NCBI GenBank assembly: GCA_038230535.1
Contig: JBBRNB010000019.1
Location: 2,165-66,164 of the forward strand
Direction: 5' to 3'
DNA: 64,000 nt
Source: Thermoanaerobaculia bacterium
GTDB lineage: Bacteria > Acidobacteriota > Thermoanaerobaculia > Gp7-AA8
In this document: positions 1 to 11,011 of the stretch, piece by piece
Layout of the letters: each line of letters opens with the position of its first letter
Position numbering within the stretch: position 1 is the stretch's first letter
Made by a program: the position numbers and the translations under genes
Notes under the pieces: model-generated
The model's database searches: none
The model's input: only the letters and a program-made list of their open reading frames with translations
Told to the model about the DNA's origin: nothing

Positions 1-1488
1 GGGGCTACAGAAGCGGTTACCGGCGCCGGAGGTGGAGCCGGGGCAGTCCGGGTTGTCGTCTTGACGACGATTGGTGCGGTGGTGGTCGTCGGGATAGTCC
101 TGGAGAGCGGAGTCGTCGTCGTCGTGGCGATCACGGATGAAGTTGTGGTCATTGTGGTGGGATTAGTCACCGATGGCGATGTGATCGAGACCGGCGGCGA
201 GGACGCCGCCGGGCCAGCCGGCGGGACGCCAGCGTTCCGGAGTTTGGGTGGGGTATGACGGACGGCTACCACCGGCTCCGGCTTCTGGCGGCCTTGCCAC
301 CAGATCCAGCCTGCATAGCCACCACCCACGACGACCAGGAGAATGAGCAACGGGATCAGCAATCCCCGGCCTGACTTTGACGGTTTCACGGAAACCGCGG
401 AACTGGATGTCTGCACTTCGTCATTTCCTTTCACCGGCACCGCGGCGCGGCGGGCAGCTTCGATCTGCGCGTCGTCGAACCCCCACTGCGGCTCGGCTGC
501 CGGTGTAACCACCGCGGGCATGATCTCGGTCTTGGAAAAGGAGTCGTCGTCGCCCGGTTCGTCCCAAACCGAGTGCGCCGGCGGCTTCGGCGCGGATGCA
601 GGATCCGGCTTCTCCCATGGCGGCAGCACCGGGATGTTCACGGCCGGGCTGTGCGCCGGCTCCCAGCTTTCCGTAGGCGGAGCGGAGACGGGAGGCGCTA
701 CATCATCCAGCGTGAAGTCAGGATTCTCCACGTCCCACTCTGCTGTCTCCGGCGCAGGTGTGAATACCTCATGTTCTGCTGGAGGTTTACCGGAACGGGT
801 CACAAGCCCGAGGAGCCGCAGCGCTTCGAGCAGCTTGTACACATTGAACACATCTTTGCCCGACCTGCTGGCAACCTCGGCTGCGCTATTGCTGCCGCCG
901 ATCTGCGCGACGATTTGTTCCGCGTCTTCGTTCAGCCCGAGGCGGCGGAAACCGTCGTCGAAGTGTGCGGCCTTCTCAAAGACCGCGTTGCCGCTATCCA
1001 TTGCCTGCTCGGACTTGGTGCGGTCGGTGTCGGTGACGACCAGTTCGACGATGATTTGCGACAGAGGGTAGATCGTCCCCTCCTCGCGCTTGGGCAGGTA
1101 GTCAGCGACGATCGTGTAGGAACCGGTCTTCCAACTGTTGATCGAGCGAAGGATGCCGATCACCTGGACACGCCGGGCCCAGGTCAGCTCCTTGCGTGTG
1201 ATGAAACCGAGCCCGAGGAGAGCATCGCCGAGGGTCTCGCTCTCTTTCCGCTTCGCCAACGCCTGCTTGACGTGCTCGCGCGTCACCTTGTTGGCGCGCA
1301 TGAGAATCTCGTCAATGGCATCGGCGCGGTCGTTCGTCGACGCGGAGAGGACATCGCCACCCTTGAAGTAAACGATCTTGATGATGCCGTCGCTCTCGAA
1401 ACGGATCGCGCCGGTGAACAGCTCGCTCCCGAGCTCGACGAGCCGCTGAATCAAATCAATCTCGCCGATTTCGCCTTCGAAGCTCATT
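1..1488 (-). CDS. DUF4388 (PatA-like) domain protein. N-terminal DUF4388 domain, one TM helix, long Pro/Thr-rich low-complexity C-terminal tail. Partial: C-terminus runs off the window start.
   Basis: Reverse translation from ATG (complement of 'cat' ~1486-1488) gives MSFEGEIGEIDLIQRLVELGSELFTGAIRFESDGIIKIVYFKGGDV..., a typical DUF4388 N-terminus. Third-position GC is very high on the minus frame, whereas the listed + ORFs 573..1565 and 343..1071 show mixed codon bias. Absent from the ORF track because it lacks an in-window stop. Confidence 0.6.
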
Positions 1489-1616
1489 GGTGCCCACCCT
1501 TTGCGCGGCATTATCGCATGCGTGAATTGGCGGAGTCGGGTGTCGGGGGTAGGACGCGCCCGTAATGAATGTCTCTGCCCGATCCAACCCCAAACACCCG
1601 ACCCACGACTCCCGCA

Positions 1617-3437
<1,821 letters not shown>

Positions 3438-3666
3438 CGGGTCCAGGTAGAACAAGTTACGAGTGGAATGTCATCCCGCGGCATGCAGTCATCGAATCGA
3501 CTGGTCAACACGTTGACGAGTCAATAGGAGGTGTTGAGACAAGGCGATCCCGCGGCCGGGACGGGGATGGCCGGGATTCACGGGCCGGCTTGTCAGCAGC
3601 CACGAATGGGATCGCCATCTGACGGCGGCGTCGCTGAACACGGGTACGATCGAGCTCGACCCTCAC

Positions 3667-3899
3667 GAGAATCTCGCCGATATCCACGAACTTCTCGCCG
3701 ATGTCGACGAGAATCTCGCCGATGTCCGCAGACTATCTCGCCGATGTCCACGAGAATCCAGCGAATATTCACGACAATCTCGCGAATATTCACGAGAATC
3801 TTGCGAACATTGACGAGAATCTCGCGAATATCCACGAGAATCTCGCGAACATTGACGACCCCTCTCGCGGATGTCGGCGAACTTCCAGCCGGCATTCAC
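3667..3899. repeat. 11 tandem copies of a 21-bp unit (consensus GAGAATCTCGCGAATATTCAC, two subfamilies). Each unit holds two palindromes, CGAGAaTCTCG and GAATATTC.
   Basis: Direct reading of the intergenic region between the esterase stop (3972) and the uvrC start. The 21-bp period keeps all six frames open, which produces the spurious ORFs 3531..4063. Confidence 0.85.
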
Positions 3900-3971
3900 T
3901 AACTTTTTGTCGATGTCCGAGAACGCTATCGTCATCAACTGCAACCGCGGATGGGGTTCGCGTCGACAAAA

Positions 3972-4595
3972 TCACATCCGCGCCAGGAACTCCCCTGCCG
4001 CGCTGCGGAACTCCGCCGTCCATTCGTGGCCGCCGTCAAAGACGCACGTGCTGGCCGTGGTAACGCTCGACAGAAACTTCAAGTCTTTCTCGAACTTCTC
4101 CTGTGTGTACCAATCCTCCCGCGTTCCTCGCCCGATGAGCACCGGTGGAAGACGAGGCGGCGAAATGAAGAGCTCTGGCGGAACATCCCCGCCGAGGGCG
4201 ATCAGGCCGGTTGCCGCCGATCCGACGGCAGCGCGATAGGCCATTGCCACACCCTGAGAGAAGCCGATGAAGACCAGTTGCTTCGGCGATGGGAACTGCG
4301 CGACCACCGATCGGACGTACGCGCGGTTGTCCTCGATTGCCAGCTCCCGGTCGAGACTGGTCATCCACGACGCCGCGATCGTGCCCGTACGATTCACATA
4401 GAAAGGATGGAGCCCCTGCACGGCGACAGTGGTCCAACGCTCGACGCCGGGGATCTTCTGCAGCTCGGCCATATGGATCGCTGCCGTTTCGCCGTAGCCA
4501 TGAAAGCCGGCGAGGAGACGTTCTGGCGGACCTTGCTGGACGAGATAGTGGCCATGGACGGAGGTGGCGATGGTACGGATGTCGAAGTCAGTCAT
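3972..4595 (-). CDS. Alpha/beta hydrolase, phospholipase/carboxylesterase family
   Basis: GFSQG nucleophile elbow (GxSxG), ~207 aa, dienelactone-hydrolase/carboxylesterase-like architecture. Confidence 0.6.
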   Translation of the reverse strand: MTDFDIRTIATSVHGHYLVQQGPPERLLAGFHGYGETAAIHMAELQKIPGVERWTTVAVQGLHPFYVNRTGTIAASWMTSLDRELAIEDNRAYVRSVVAQFPSPKQLVFIGFSQGVAMAYRAAVGSAATGLIALGGDVPPELFISPPRLPPVLIGRGTREDWYTQEKFEKDLKFLSSVTTASTCVFDGGHEWTAEFRSAAGEFLARM

Positions 4596-4623
4596 CCTTG
4601 AATCGTAGCTACAATGCGCCCGC

Positions 4624-5358
4624 GTGTCGCGCCTTACCCTCGTCGTTCCCTGCTACAACGAAGAGCGCCGGCTCGACGTGGAGGCTTTTCGGCGCGTTTC
4701 CGCCGGGGGCTGCGAAGTCGATTTCCTCTTCGTGAACGACGGCAGCCGGGACGGCACTCTCGGACTGCTCGAGAAGCTCCGCGACTCCGATCCGAAGCGC
4801 TTCGCCGTCTTGAATCTGGAGCGCAACAGCGGGAAAGCCGAGGCGGTGCGGCGCGGATTTGTCGCCGCGATGGAGCAACCAGCCGGCTATGTCGGTTTCT
4901 GGGATGCCGACCTGGCCACTCCCCTCGCCGAGCTTCCAGGCTTTCTCGACGTTCTGGAGTCGCGTCCGGCGATTCAGATCGTGATGGGATCCCGCGTCCG
5001 CCTCCTCGGCCGCGAGATCAGCCGCCGCCCTTCACGTCACTACGCCGGCCGCGTCGGTGCGACGCTGATCTCATCGACCCTCGGTCTGGCGGTCTACGAT
5101 ACTCAGTGCGGCGCGAAACTCTTCCGTACGAACGACACGCTTCGCGAGGTCTTCGCCACTCCGTTCCTCTCGCGCTGGATCTTCGACGTCGAGATCATCG
5201 CCCGATACGTCGAGCGCCTTGGCCGCGATGCCGTGGCCGGCGCAATCTACGAGTTACCCGTCACCCGCTGGCACGACGTGACCGGCTCCAAGGTCAAGTC
5301 GCACGACTTCCTGCGAGCGCTGCTCGATCTCTGGAAGATCCGGCGTGCGTATCGGTAG
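4624..5358 (+). CDS. Glycosyltransferase family 2 (dolichyl-phosphate mannose synthase-like)
   Basis: LTLVVPCYNEE...VNDGSRDGT...DAD motifs typical of GT-A fold GT2. Confidence 0.75.
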   Translation: MSRLTLVVPCYNEERRLDVEAFRRVSAGGCEVDFLFVNDGSRDGTLGLLEKLRDSDPKRFAVLNLERNSGKAEAVRRGFVAAMEQPAGYVGFWDADLATPLAELPGFLDVLESRPAIQIVMGSRVRLLGREISRRPSRHYAGRVGATLISSTLGLAVYDTQCGAKLFRTNDTLREVFATPFLSRWIFDVEIIARYVERLGRDAVAGAIYELPVTRWHDVTGSKVKSHDFLRALLDLWKIRRAYR

Positions 5359-5592
5359 ATCGGTGGATCAGAGGGTCGGTGGATCGGTAGATCGGTGGAT
5401 CAGAAGGGTCTGTGGATCGGTAGATCAGTAGATCGGTGGATCGGTGGATCAGAACCAGGTTGGCTCTGGTCAGAGGCAGTTGGTTCCGATCCACTGACCT
5501 ACTGATCTACTGATCCACTGACTCACATCCACCGACCGGCCGATCTACTGATCCACTGATCTACTGCTCCACCCGACTGATTTACAATCCCC
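5356..5592. repeat. GATC-rich inverted-array intergenic element. Left arm has repeated GATCGGTGGATCAG units; right arm has CTGATCCACTGATCTACTG units.
   Basis: The arms are reverse complements built from ~9-10-nt TGGATCAGT-like units and sit strictly intergenic. Same family as 15836, 21421, 23797, 26058 and 52003. Confidence 0.8.
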
Positions 5593-5596
5593 ATCG

Positions 5597-6874
5597 ATGA
5601 CTATCGCGCCACCTGCAACCACAAACGACAGCAGCCTCTCGAAACTCGCACTCGGACTGACCGGCTCCGAGATCCTGAAGATCTCCGGGGAGATCAGGTT
5701 GCTCTCCGAAGCAGGACGCGACATCTGCAACCTCACCGTCGGCGACTTCTCGCCGAAGGAGTTCCGGATCCCCCGAGTCCTCGAAGATCTGATCGCCGAG
5801 GCCTTTGCTGCCGGCGAGACCAACTACCCGCCATCGGATGGAACGAAAGAGCTGCGTCAGGCACTGATCCGTTTCTACGACGACGCCCTCGGCCTGAAGT
5901 ATCCGATCGAGTCGACGCTCATCGCCGGTGGCGCGCGGCCGATCATCTTTGCCGCGTATGCAGCGGTCGTCGATCCGGGCGACAAAGTCGTCTACACCAT
6001 CCCTTCCTGGAACAACGCCCACTACGTCTACCTCGTGCGCGGCGTACCGGTCGAGATCACCGTCGGACCGGAGACGAACTTCCTCCCCACCGCCGGCCTG
6101 CTGCGGCCGCACATCCGCGACGCGCGCCTCATCTGCATTTGCACCCCGCTCAATCCGACCGGCACCGTCATGGCGAAGGACGAAGTGGAGCGGATTGCCC
6201 GGCTCGTGGTTGATGAGAACGAGCGCCGTGCCGCGACTGGTGAGCGCGCGTTGTTGCTGATGTGGGATCAGGTTTACTGGATGCTGACCTTTGGCGGCTA
6301 CCATCACTACACGCCGCCGCAGCTCGTCCCCGAGGTCATGCCGTACACGATCTTTGTCGACGGGATCTCGAAATCGTTCGCCGCGACGGGGCTACGCGTC
6401 GGATGGACGGTCGCGCCGCCGGTGATCACAGCGAAGATGCGCGACATCCTCGGCCACGTCGGCGCCTGGGCACCGCGCCCCGAACAGATCGCCGTGGCGA
6501 GGTTCCTCGGTATGCGCAGCGCGATCGACGAATACCACGAAGGAATGATTCGCGAGCTGCAGCTCCGGCTCGATCTCCTCTATGACCGAATCGAAGCGAT
6601 GCGCTGCGACGGCCTCCCTGTCCGCGCCATCACGCCGCAGGGAGCGATCTATCTCTCCGCCCAGTTCGACCTCATCGGCCGGGGCGGCATCACCTCGAAC
6701 GAGCAGATCCGCCGCATACTCCTCGACGAAGCCGGCTTCGCCGTCGTTCCGTTCCAGGCATTCGGCTTACTGCAAGAGACAGGCTGGTTCCGTCTCAGCG
6801 CCGGCGCAGTGTCGCCGAGGGAGATAGAAGAGGGGTTGGCGCGGGTTCGGAGTGTGTTGGGAAGGTATGTTTGA
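5597..6874 (+). CDS. PLP-dependent aminotransferase class I/II (aspartate/aromatic aminotransferase-like)
   Basis: Fold-type I architecture with the SKSFAATGLRVGW lysine motif, ~425 aa. Confidence 0.75.
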   Translation: MTIAPPATTNDSSLSKLALGLTGSEILKISGEIRLLSEAGRDICNLTVGDFSPKEFRIPRVLEDLIAEAFAAGETNYPPSDGTKELRQALIRFYDDALGLKYPIESTLIAGGARPIIFAAYAAVVDPGDKVVYTIPSWNNAHYVYLVRGVPVEITVGPETNFLPTAGLLRPHIRDARLICICTPLNPTGTVMAKDEVERIARLVVDENERRAATGERALLLMWDQVYWMLTFGGYHHYTPPQLVPEVMPYTIFVDGISKSFAATGLRVGWTVAPPVITAKMRDILGHVGAWAPRPEQIAVARFLGMRSAIDEYHEGMIRELQLRLDLLYDRIEAMRCDGLPVRAITPQGAIYLSAQFDLIGRGGITSNEQIRRILLDEAGFAVVPFQAFGLLQETGWFRLSAGAVSPREIEEGLARVRSVLGRYV

Positions 6875-6875
6875 T

Positions 6876-6962
6876 GGGGAGTGGGGTGTGGGGTGTGGAG
6901 ACGCGAATATTGAATGTTCGATGTCTGCCTCCCACTCCCCACCCCCTACTCCCCACCCCCCG
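6876..6962. repeat. G-tract/C-tract inverted element. GGGGAGTGGGGTGTGGGGTGTGG on the + strand, ~30 nt spacer, then CCCACTCCCCACCCCCTACTCCCCACCCCCC (G4 motif on the minus strand).
   Basis: Direct reading. At least 4 runs of G3 or longer on each strand. A second copy sits at 52638..52716. Confidence 0.7.
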
Positions 6963-6981
6963 GTAGCCTATACTTCACCGC

Positions 6982-7449
6982 ATGAGTGACACGCCCGAAC
7001 CAAAGCCTTGGACTTCGAAGGCGGCAAAGTACCTCGGCCTGGCCGAAAGCACCGTTCTGATTCTGATCGGATGTGCTCTGGTGCTGGTGGCGGTGTTGCT
7101 CCTTTACTCCAGCATGCATGACCTTCTGGCGGCCGCGCAAGGGGGCCCGAAGGAGATCGAGCACAAGTCCATCGAGATCCTGAACACGGTCCTGCTGGTC
7201 ATGATGACCATGGAGATCGTCTACACGGTGGCCATCTCACTCGAGTCGCACACGCTCAACGCCGAGCCGTTCCTGATCATAGGTTCCATCGCCGGGATCC
7301 GGCGCAAGCTGGTGATCACCGCCACATCGACCGAGAGCGAAACGAAACCGGCCATGTTCCACAACACTCTCGTGGAGCTCGGCCTCCTCTCGGCGACCGT
7401 GGTGGCCATGGCCGGCCATGGCCATCGCCATCTGAATACTTCGATATAG
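6982..7449 (+). CDS. PsiE-like (phosphate-starvation-inducible E family) small membrane protein
   Basis: ~155 aa, 4 predicted TM helices, IAGIRRKLVI segment resembling the PsiE family. The family assignment is tentative. Confidence 0.45.
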   Translation: MSDTPEPKPWTSKAAKYLGLAESTVLILIGCALVLVAVLLLYSSMHDLLAAAQGGPKEIEHKSIEILNTVLLVMMTMEIVYTVAISLESHTLNAEPFLIIGSIAGIRRKLVITATSTESETKPAMFHNTLVELGLLSATVVAMAGHGHRHLNTSI

Positions 7450-7570
7450 CCAACGTAGGTTTGTCGACCGGCCACCCGGCGAAGCAACTGTCGCCGAACC
7501 GGCACACCATTGACACCTGTTTCGCGCGAAGCTGGTGCGTGGTGATCTCTTCGATCAAGGAGGCTTCATC

Positions 7571-10366
7571 ATGTCCGCTCTTCGGAAACTTCTCCCCTTC
7601 GCGTTACTCGTCGCACTCCCTCTTGCCGCGCAGACCACGGGGTCGGTCAGCGGGCACGTGACCGATTCCAACGGCGCAACGCTCCCCGGTGTCACGGTCG
7701 AAGCGACGAGCCCCGCGCTCCAGGGGATCCGCATCGCCCTCAGCGACGTGTCGGGTCTCTATCGACTGCCGTTGCTTCCGCCGGGAAGCTACACCGTGCA
7801 ATTCACTCTGACCGGCTTCGCGGCGAAGAAAAACGCATCCATCCCGGTTTCGCTTGGGAAAGAAACGACCGTCGATGCCGCCCTCTCACCGGCGATGACC
7901 GAGGTGATCACCGTCGGAAGCTTCGCACCGCCAATCGATACGGCGTCGAACACCCTCGGCACCAACTTCAACGCCACCCAGATCGAGACGCTGCCGACGC
8001 AGCGCAACTACTCCTCCGTCGCGCAGGTCACTCCCGGTGTCTCCACCGACGCCATTCAGTCCGACGACAAGCAGACGCCGGCGATCACGGTCTACGGCTC
8101 CTCGGGCGCGGAGAACGCGTTCTACATCGATGGCGTCAACACCACGAATGCAGAATACGGTTTTCAGGGCAAGGAGCTGAACTTCGAGTTCATCGATGCC
8201 GTGGAAGTGAAGACCGGCGGATATGAAGCCGAGTACGGCCGCGCCACCGGCGGCATCATCAACGTCGTCACGAAGTCCGGGAGCAACGAGCTCCATGGCG
8301 ACGCCTTCGGCTACGACAACAACGACTCGCTCCAGGCCAATTCGAAAACCGTCGCCGGCGGCACGCCGGCGACTCTCACTCGGAAGGACTACGGCGCCGA
8401 TCTCGGCGGCTACATCCTCAAAGACAAGCTCTGGCTCTTCGGCGCCTACGACCAGGTCCGCAACACGCAGGGGAACATCCTTTCTGACGGTCCCGATGCC
8501 GGCAAATCCGTAGCGTCTTTGAGCCATCGGAACCTCGGCTCCGCCAAGGTGACGTTCAGCGCCACGCCCAGCAACATGTTCGTCGGCACTTTCCTGCAGG
8601 ATCCCCGCGCCGATACCGGCGCGATCAACGACGCCAATCACTCGCTCATCGGCGACCCCGTCACCTACCTCGGGCGGCAGGACTTCGGCGGCCGCGATTA
8701 CGCCATTCGCTACGACGGAGTGATCGGAACCAAATGGCTTTTCTCCGCGCAGGACGCGAGCCACAAGGAGCGGAACTCCGTCGGACCGGCGACCAGTGCC
8801 GGCGACGCCATCGAGTACATCGACGCCCGCAACAACTTCTTCCAGACCGGCGGCTTCGGACTCATCCAGCAGAAGTCCTTCGAACGCAAGTTCTACGGCG
8901 GCTCGGCCACCCGATTCCTTGGCGCGCACCAGATCAAGGCTGGAATCGAGATCGAGGACCAGACCGCAGACGTCATCAAACGCATGTCCGGCGGGCAGCA
9001 GGTCAACGTGTTCGACAATCCCAACAACCCGGCCAAGCCGATCTACAGCCATTTCTACTGGACGACGGCGAACGCCACCGTGGCGAACGCGCCGGTGTCG
9101 GCGTTGAACGCGTCGCCGGAGCACAAGAACACCACCGCCTTCGTTCAGGACCGCTGGACGATGAAGAACCTGACGCTCAACGCCGGTCTGCGCTGGGACC
9201 GCCAGCGGATCATCGACGCCGCCGGCGTCACGCAGATCGATCTCAAAAAAGACTACGCGCCGCGGCTCGGATTCGTGTGGGACCCCAGCGGCTCCAATCA
9301 CGCCAAAGTCTTCGGCTCCTACGGCCGCTATTACGAAGAGATTCCGATGGATCTCGTCATCCGCTCATTCTCGTACGAGCGCCAGCCGCGCATCATCAAC
9401 TACAGCCCAACCAGCGTCATCCCCGATCCGAATGCGGAGAGCGACGCCGGGACGAAGTCAGCCATCCTCGGCGGCTTCACCGAGCCGGCCGATCCCAATC
9501 TGAAGAACCAGTTCCTGACCGAGTACATCGTTGGCGGTGAGCGCGAGCTGATGCCCAGCATCTCCGTCGGCGTCAAGGGGATCTACCGCAGCTACGGCCG
9601 CGTGATCGAGGACTTCCTCTGCTCCAGCGACGGCACCTACTGCATCGGCAATCCCGGCGAAGGGATCATGAAGAAGATCTTCACGCTCGACTACTCGCAG
9701 CAGTTCGATGCGCCGAAACCGAAGCGGACGTACAAAGGCATCCAGCTCGACGCCACGAAGGTCTACTCCAACAACTGGCAGGCCATGGCCTCGTACGTCT
9801 ACTCGCGGCTCGAAGGCAACTACGACGGCGAGTTCGCGCCGTTCACGAATGTAGGCGCCGATCCGAACATCTCCGCCGCATACGACTACTACGACTTCTT
9901 CACCAACGGCCGGGACCTCACCAAGATCACCAACCGCGGCGCGTTGTCGAACGACCGCCGTCATCAACTCAAAGCCTCCGGCATCTACAACACGCCGTGG
10001 AAGCTTTCGCTGGGCGTTTCCGCCTACTGGCGCAGCGGCACGCCGGTCACCCGCTACGGCTACTCCGACGCGTATCGCCGCTACGAGTTCTTCCTCACGC
10101 CGCGTGGCACCGAGGGACGCACGCCGAGCAACTACGACGCCGACATCCACCTCGGCTACCCGATCGCAGCCGGGCGCTCCAAGGTCAACCTCCTCCTCGA
10201 CGTCTTCAACATCCTGAACACGCAGCGCGCCGTCCTGCTCGACGAGCGCTACGGCTTCCAGGAGAGCGACAACGCGCTGCCGAAGCCGGCCAACCCCAAC
10301 TACCTCAAACCGACCGTCCGCACTCCGTCGACTTCGGCGAGGTTGGGCCTGCGGTGGAGCTTCTGA
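7571..10366 (+). CDS. TonB-dependent receptor-like outer-membrane protein with N-terminal carboxypeptidase-regulatory-like (CarboxypepD_reg) domain
   Basis: Signal peptide MSALRKLLPFALLVALPLAAQ, then TTGSVSGHVTDSNGATLPGVTV (Cna-B/CarbopepD_reg). Plug and barrel follow, with a C-terminal aromatic residue (...LGLRWSF). RBS AAGGAGG lies before the ATG at 7571; the track start 7535 is an upstream GTG. Confidence 0.8.
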   Translation: MSALRKLLPFALLVALPLAAQTTGSVSGHVTDSNGATLPGVTVEATSPALQGIRIALSDVSGLYRLPLLPPGSYTVQFTLTGFAAKKNASIPVSLGKETTVDAALSPAMTEVITVGSFAPPIDTASNTLGTNFNATQIETLPTQRNYSSVAQVTPGVSTDAIQSDDKQTPAITVYGSSGAENAFYIDGVNTTNAEYGFQGKELNFEFIDAVEVKTGGYEAEYGRATGGIINVVTKSGSNELHGDAFGYDNNDSLQANSKTVAGGTPATLTRKDYGADLGGYILKDKLWLFGAYDQVRNTQGNILSDGPDAGKSVASLSHRNLGSAKVTFSATPSNMFVGTFLQDPRADTGAINDANHSLIGDPVTYLGRQDFGGRDYAIRYDGVIGTKWLFSAQDASHKERNSVGPATSAGDAIEYIDARNNFFQTGGFGLIQQKSFERKFYGGSATRFLGAHQIKAGIEIEDQTADVIKRMSGGQQVNVFDNPNNPAKPIYSHFYWTTANATVANAPVSALNASPEHKNTTAFVQDRWTMKNLTLNAGLRWDRQRIIDAAGVTQIDLKKDYAPRLGFVWDPSGSNHAKVFGSYGRYYEEIPMDLVIRSFSYERQPRIINYSPTSVIPDPNAESDAGTKSAILGGFTEPADPNLKNQFLTEYIVGGERELMPSISVGVKGIYRSYGRVIEDFLCSSDGTYCIGNPGEGIMKKIFTLDYSQQFDAPKPKRTYKGIQLDATKVYSNNWQAMASYVYSRLEGNYDGEFAPFTNVGADPNISAAYDYYDFFTNGRDLTKITNRGALSNDRRHQLKASGIYNTPWKLSLGVSAYWRSGTPVTRYGYSDAYRRYEFFLTPRGTEGRTPSNYDADIHLGYPIAAGRSKVNLLLDVFNILNTQRAVLLDERYGFQESDNALPKPANPNYLKPTVRTPSTSARLGLRWSF

Positions 10367-10410
10367 GCGCCACGATGCGCGCGGTCACCTGGGAGTACCA
10401 TAGGTGTTCC

Positions 10411-10635
10411 ATGGACTACCACGACATCATCACGATCGAACCCGGCAAGCGAGGTGGTAAGCCATGCATTCGCGGACTCCGAATCACGGTGTACGACGTT
10501 CTGTCGTTTCTTGCCGCCGGGATGACTGAAGAGGAGATCATTTCGGATTATCCGGATCTGACTCACGACGACATACTCGCAAGCCTAAGCTACGCTGCTG
10601 ACCGGGAGCGGAAAACAGCGATGTCTCACGCGTGA
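10411..10635 (+). CDS. DUF433 domain protein (putative antitoxin/HTH-like)
   Basis: ~74 aa MDYHDIITIEPGKRGGKPCIRGLRITVYDVLSFLAAGMTEEEIISDYPDLTHDDILASL is a canonical DUF433. It is embedded in the longer artefactual ORF 9997..10635, and its stop overlaps the start of the next gene. Confidence 0.7.
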   Translation: MDYHDIITIEPGKRGGKPCIRGLRITVYDVLSFLAAGMTEEEIISDYPDLTHDDILASLSYAADRERKTAMSHA

Positions 10636-10967
10636 AGCTGCTCCTGGATCACAACATCTCGCACAAGCTCGTAGCTCGATTGGAGGACGTCTTCCCGGGA
10701 AGCACCCAGACGCGCCTCTTGAATTTCGGCCGCACCGGCGATTCGCAGCTTTGGCTTTTCGCGAAGACCAACGGCTTTGTCTTCGTTACCAAGGACCGAG
10801 ACCTGGCGGAGCTGGCGATCCTGCGAGGTGCGCCTCCAAAAGTCATCTGGCTGCGCATCGGCAACTGCAAGACCCCTGTCGTCGAGCGGATCCTTCGGTC
10901 AAGCATTGATGCGATCGCCGACTTTGCGCAAGATCCAGAACAGGCTGTTCTGGAACTCTACGACTAA
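10632..10967 (+). CDS. DUF5615 family PIN-like protein (putative toxin partner of DUF433)
   Basis: ~111 aa; MKLLLDHNISHKLVARLEDVFPGS...FVFVTKDRD is typical of DUF5615, a PIN-like family frequently paired with DUF433. GTG start overlaps the upstream stop. Confidence 0.65.
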   Translation: MKLLLDHNISHKLVARLEDVFPGSTQTRLLNFGRTGDSQLWLFAKTNGFVFVTKDRDLAELAILRGAPPKVIWLRIGNCKTPVVERILRSSIDAIADFAQDPEQAVLELYD

Positions 10968-11011
10968 CAGCTCTCGCGAAGATCCGAATCCACAAGTCAA
11001 AGGCTAAAGAC

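Noticed and set aside
343-1565. Long + strand ORFs 343..1071 and 573..1565
   Set aside because: Antisense to the high-GC3 DUF4388 gene, with mixed third-position composition and low-complexity products.
3531-4063. Four overlapping ORFs on both strands across the 21-bp tandem repeat
   Set aside because: The frames are open only because the repeat period is a multiple of 3. No start or RBS context supports them.
7886-9301. 471-aa minus-strand ORF and + ORF 8734..9540
   Set aside because: Antisense or alternative frames inside the TonB-dependent receptor gene, typical high-GC artefacts.
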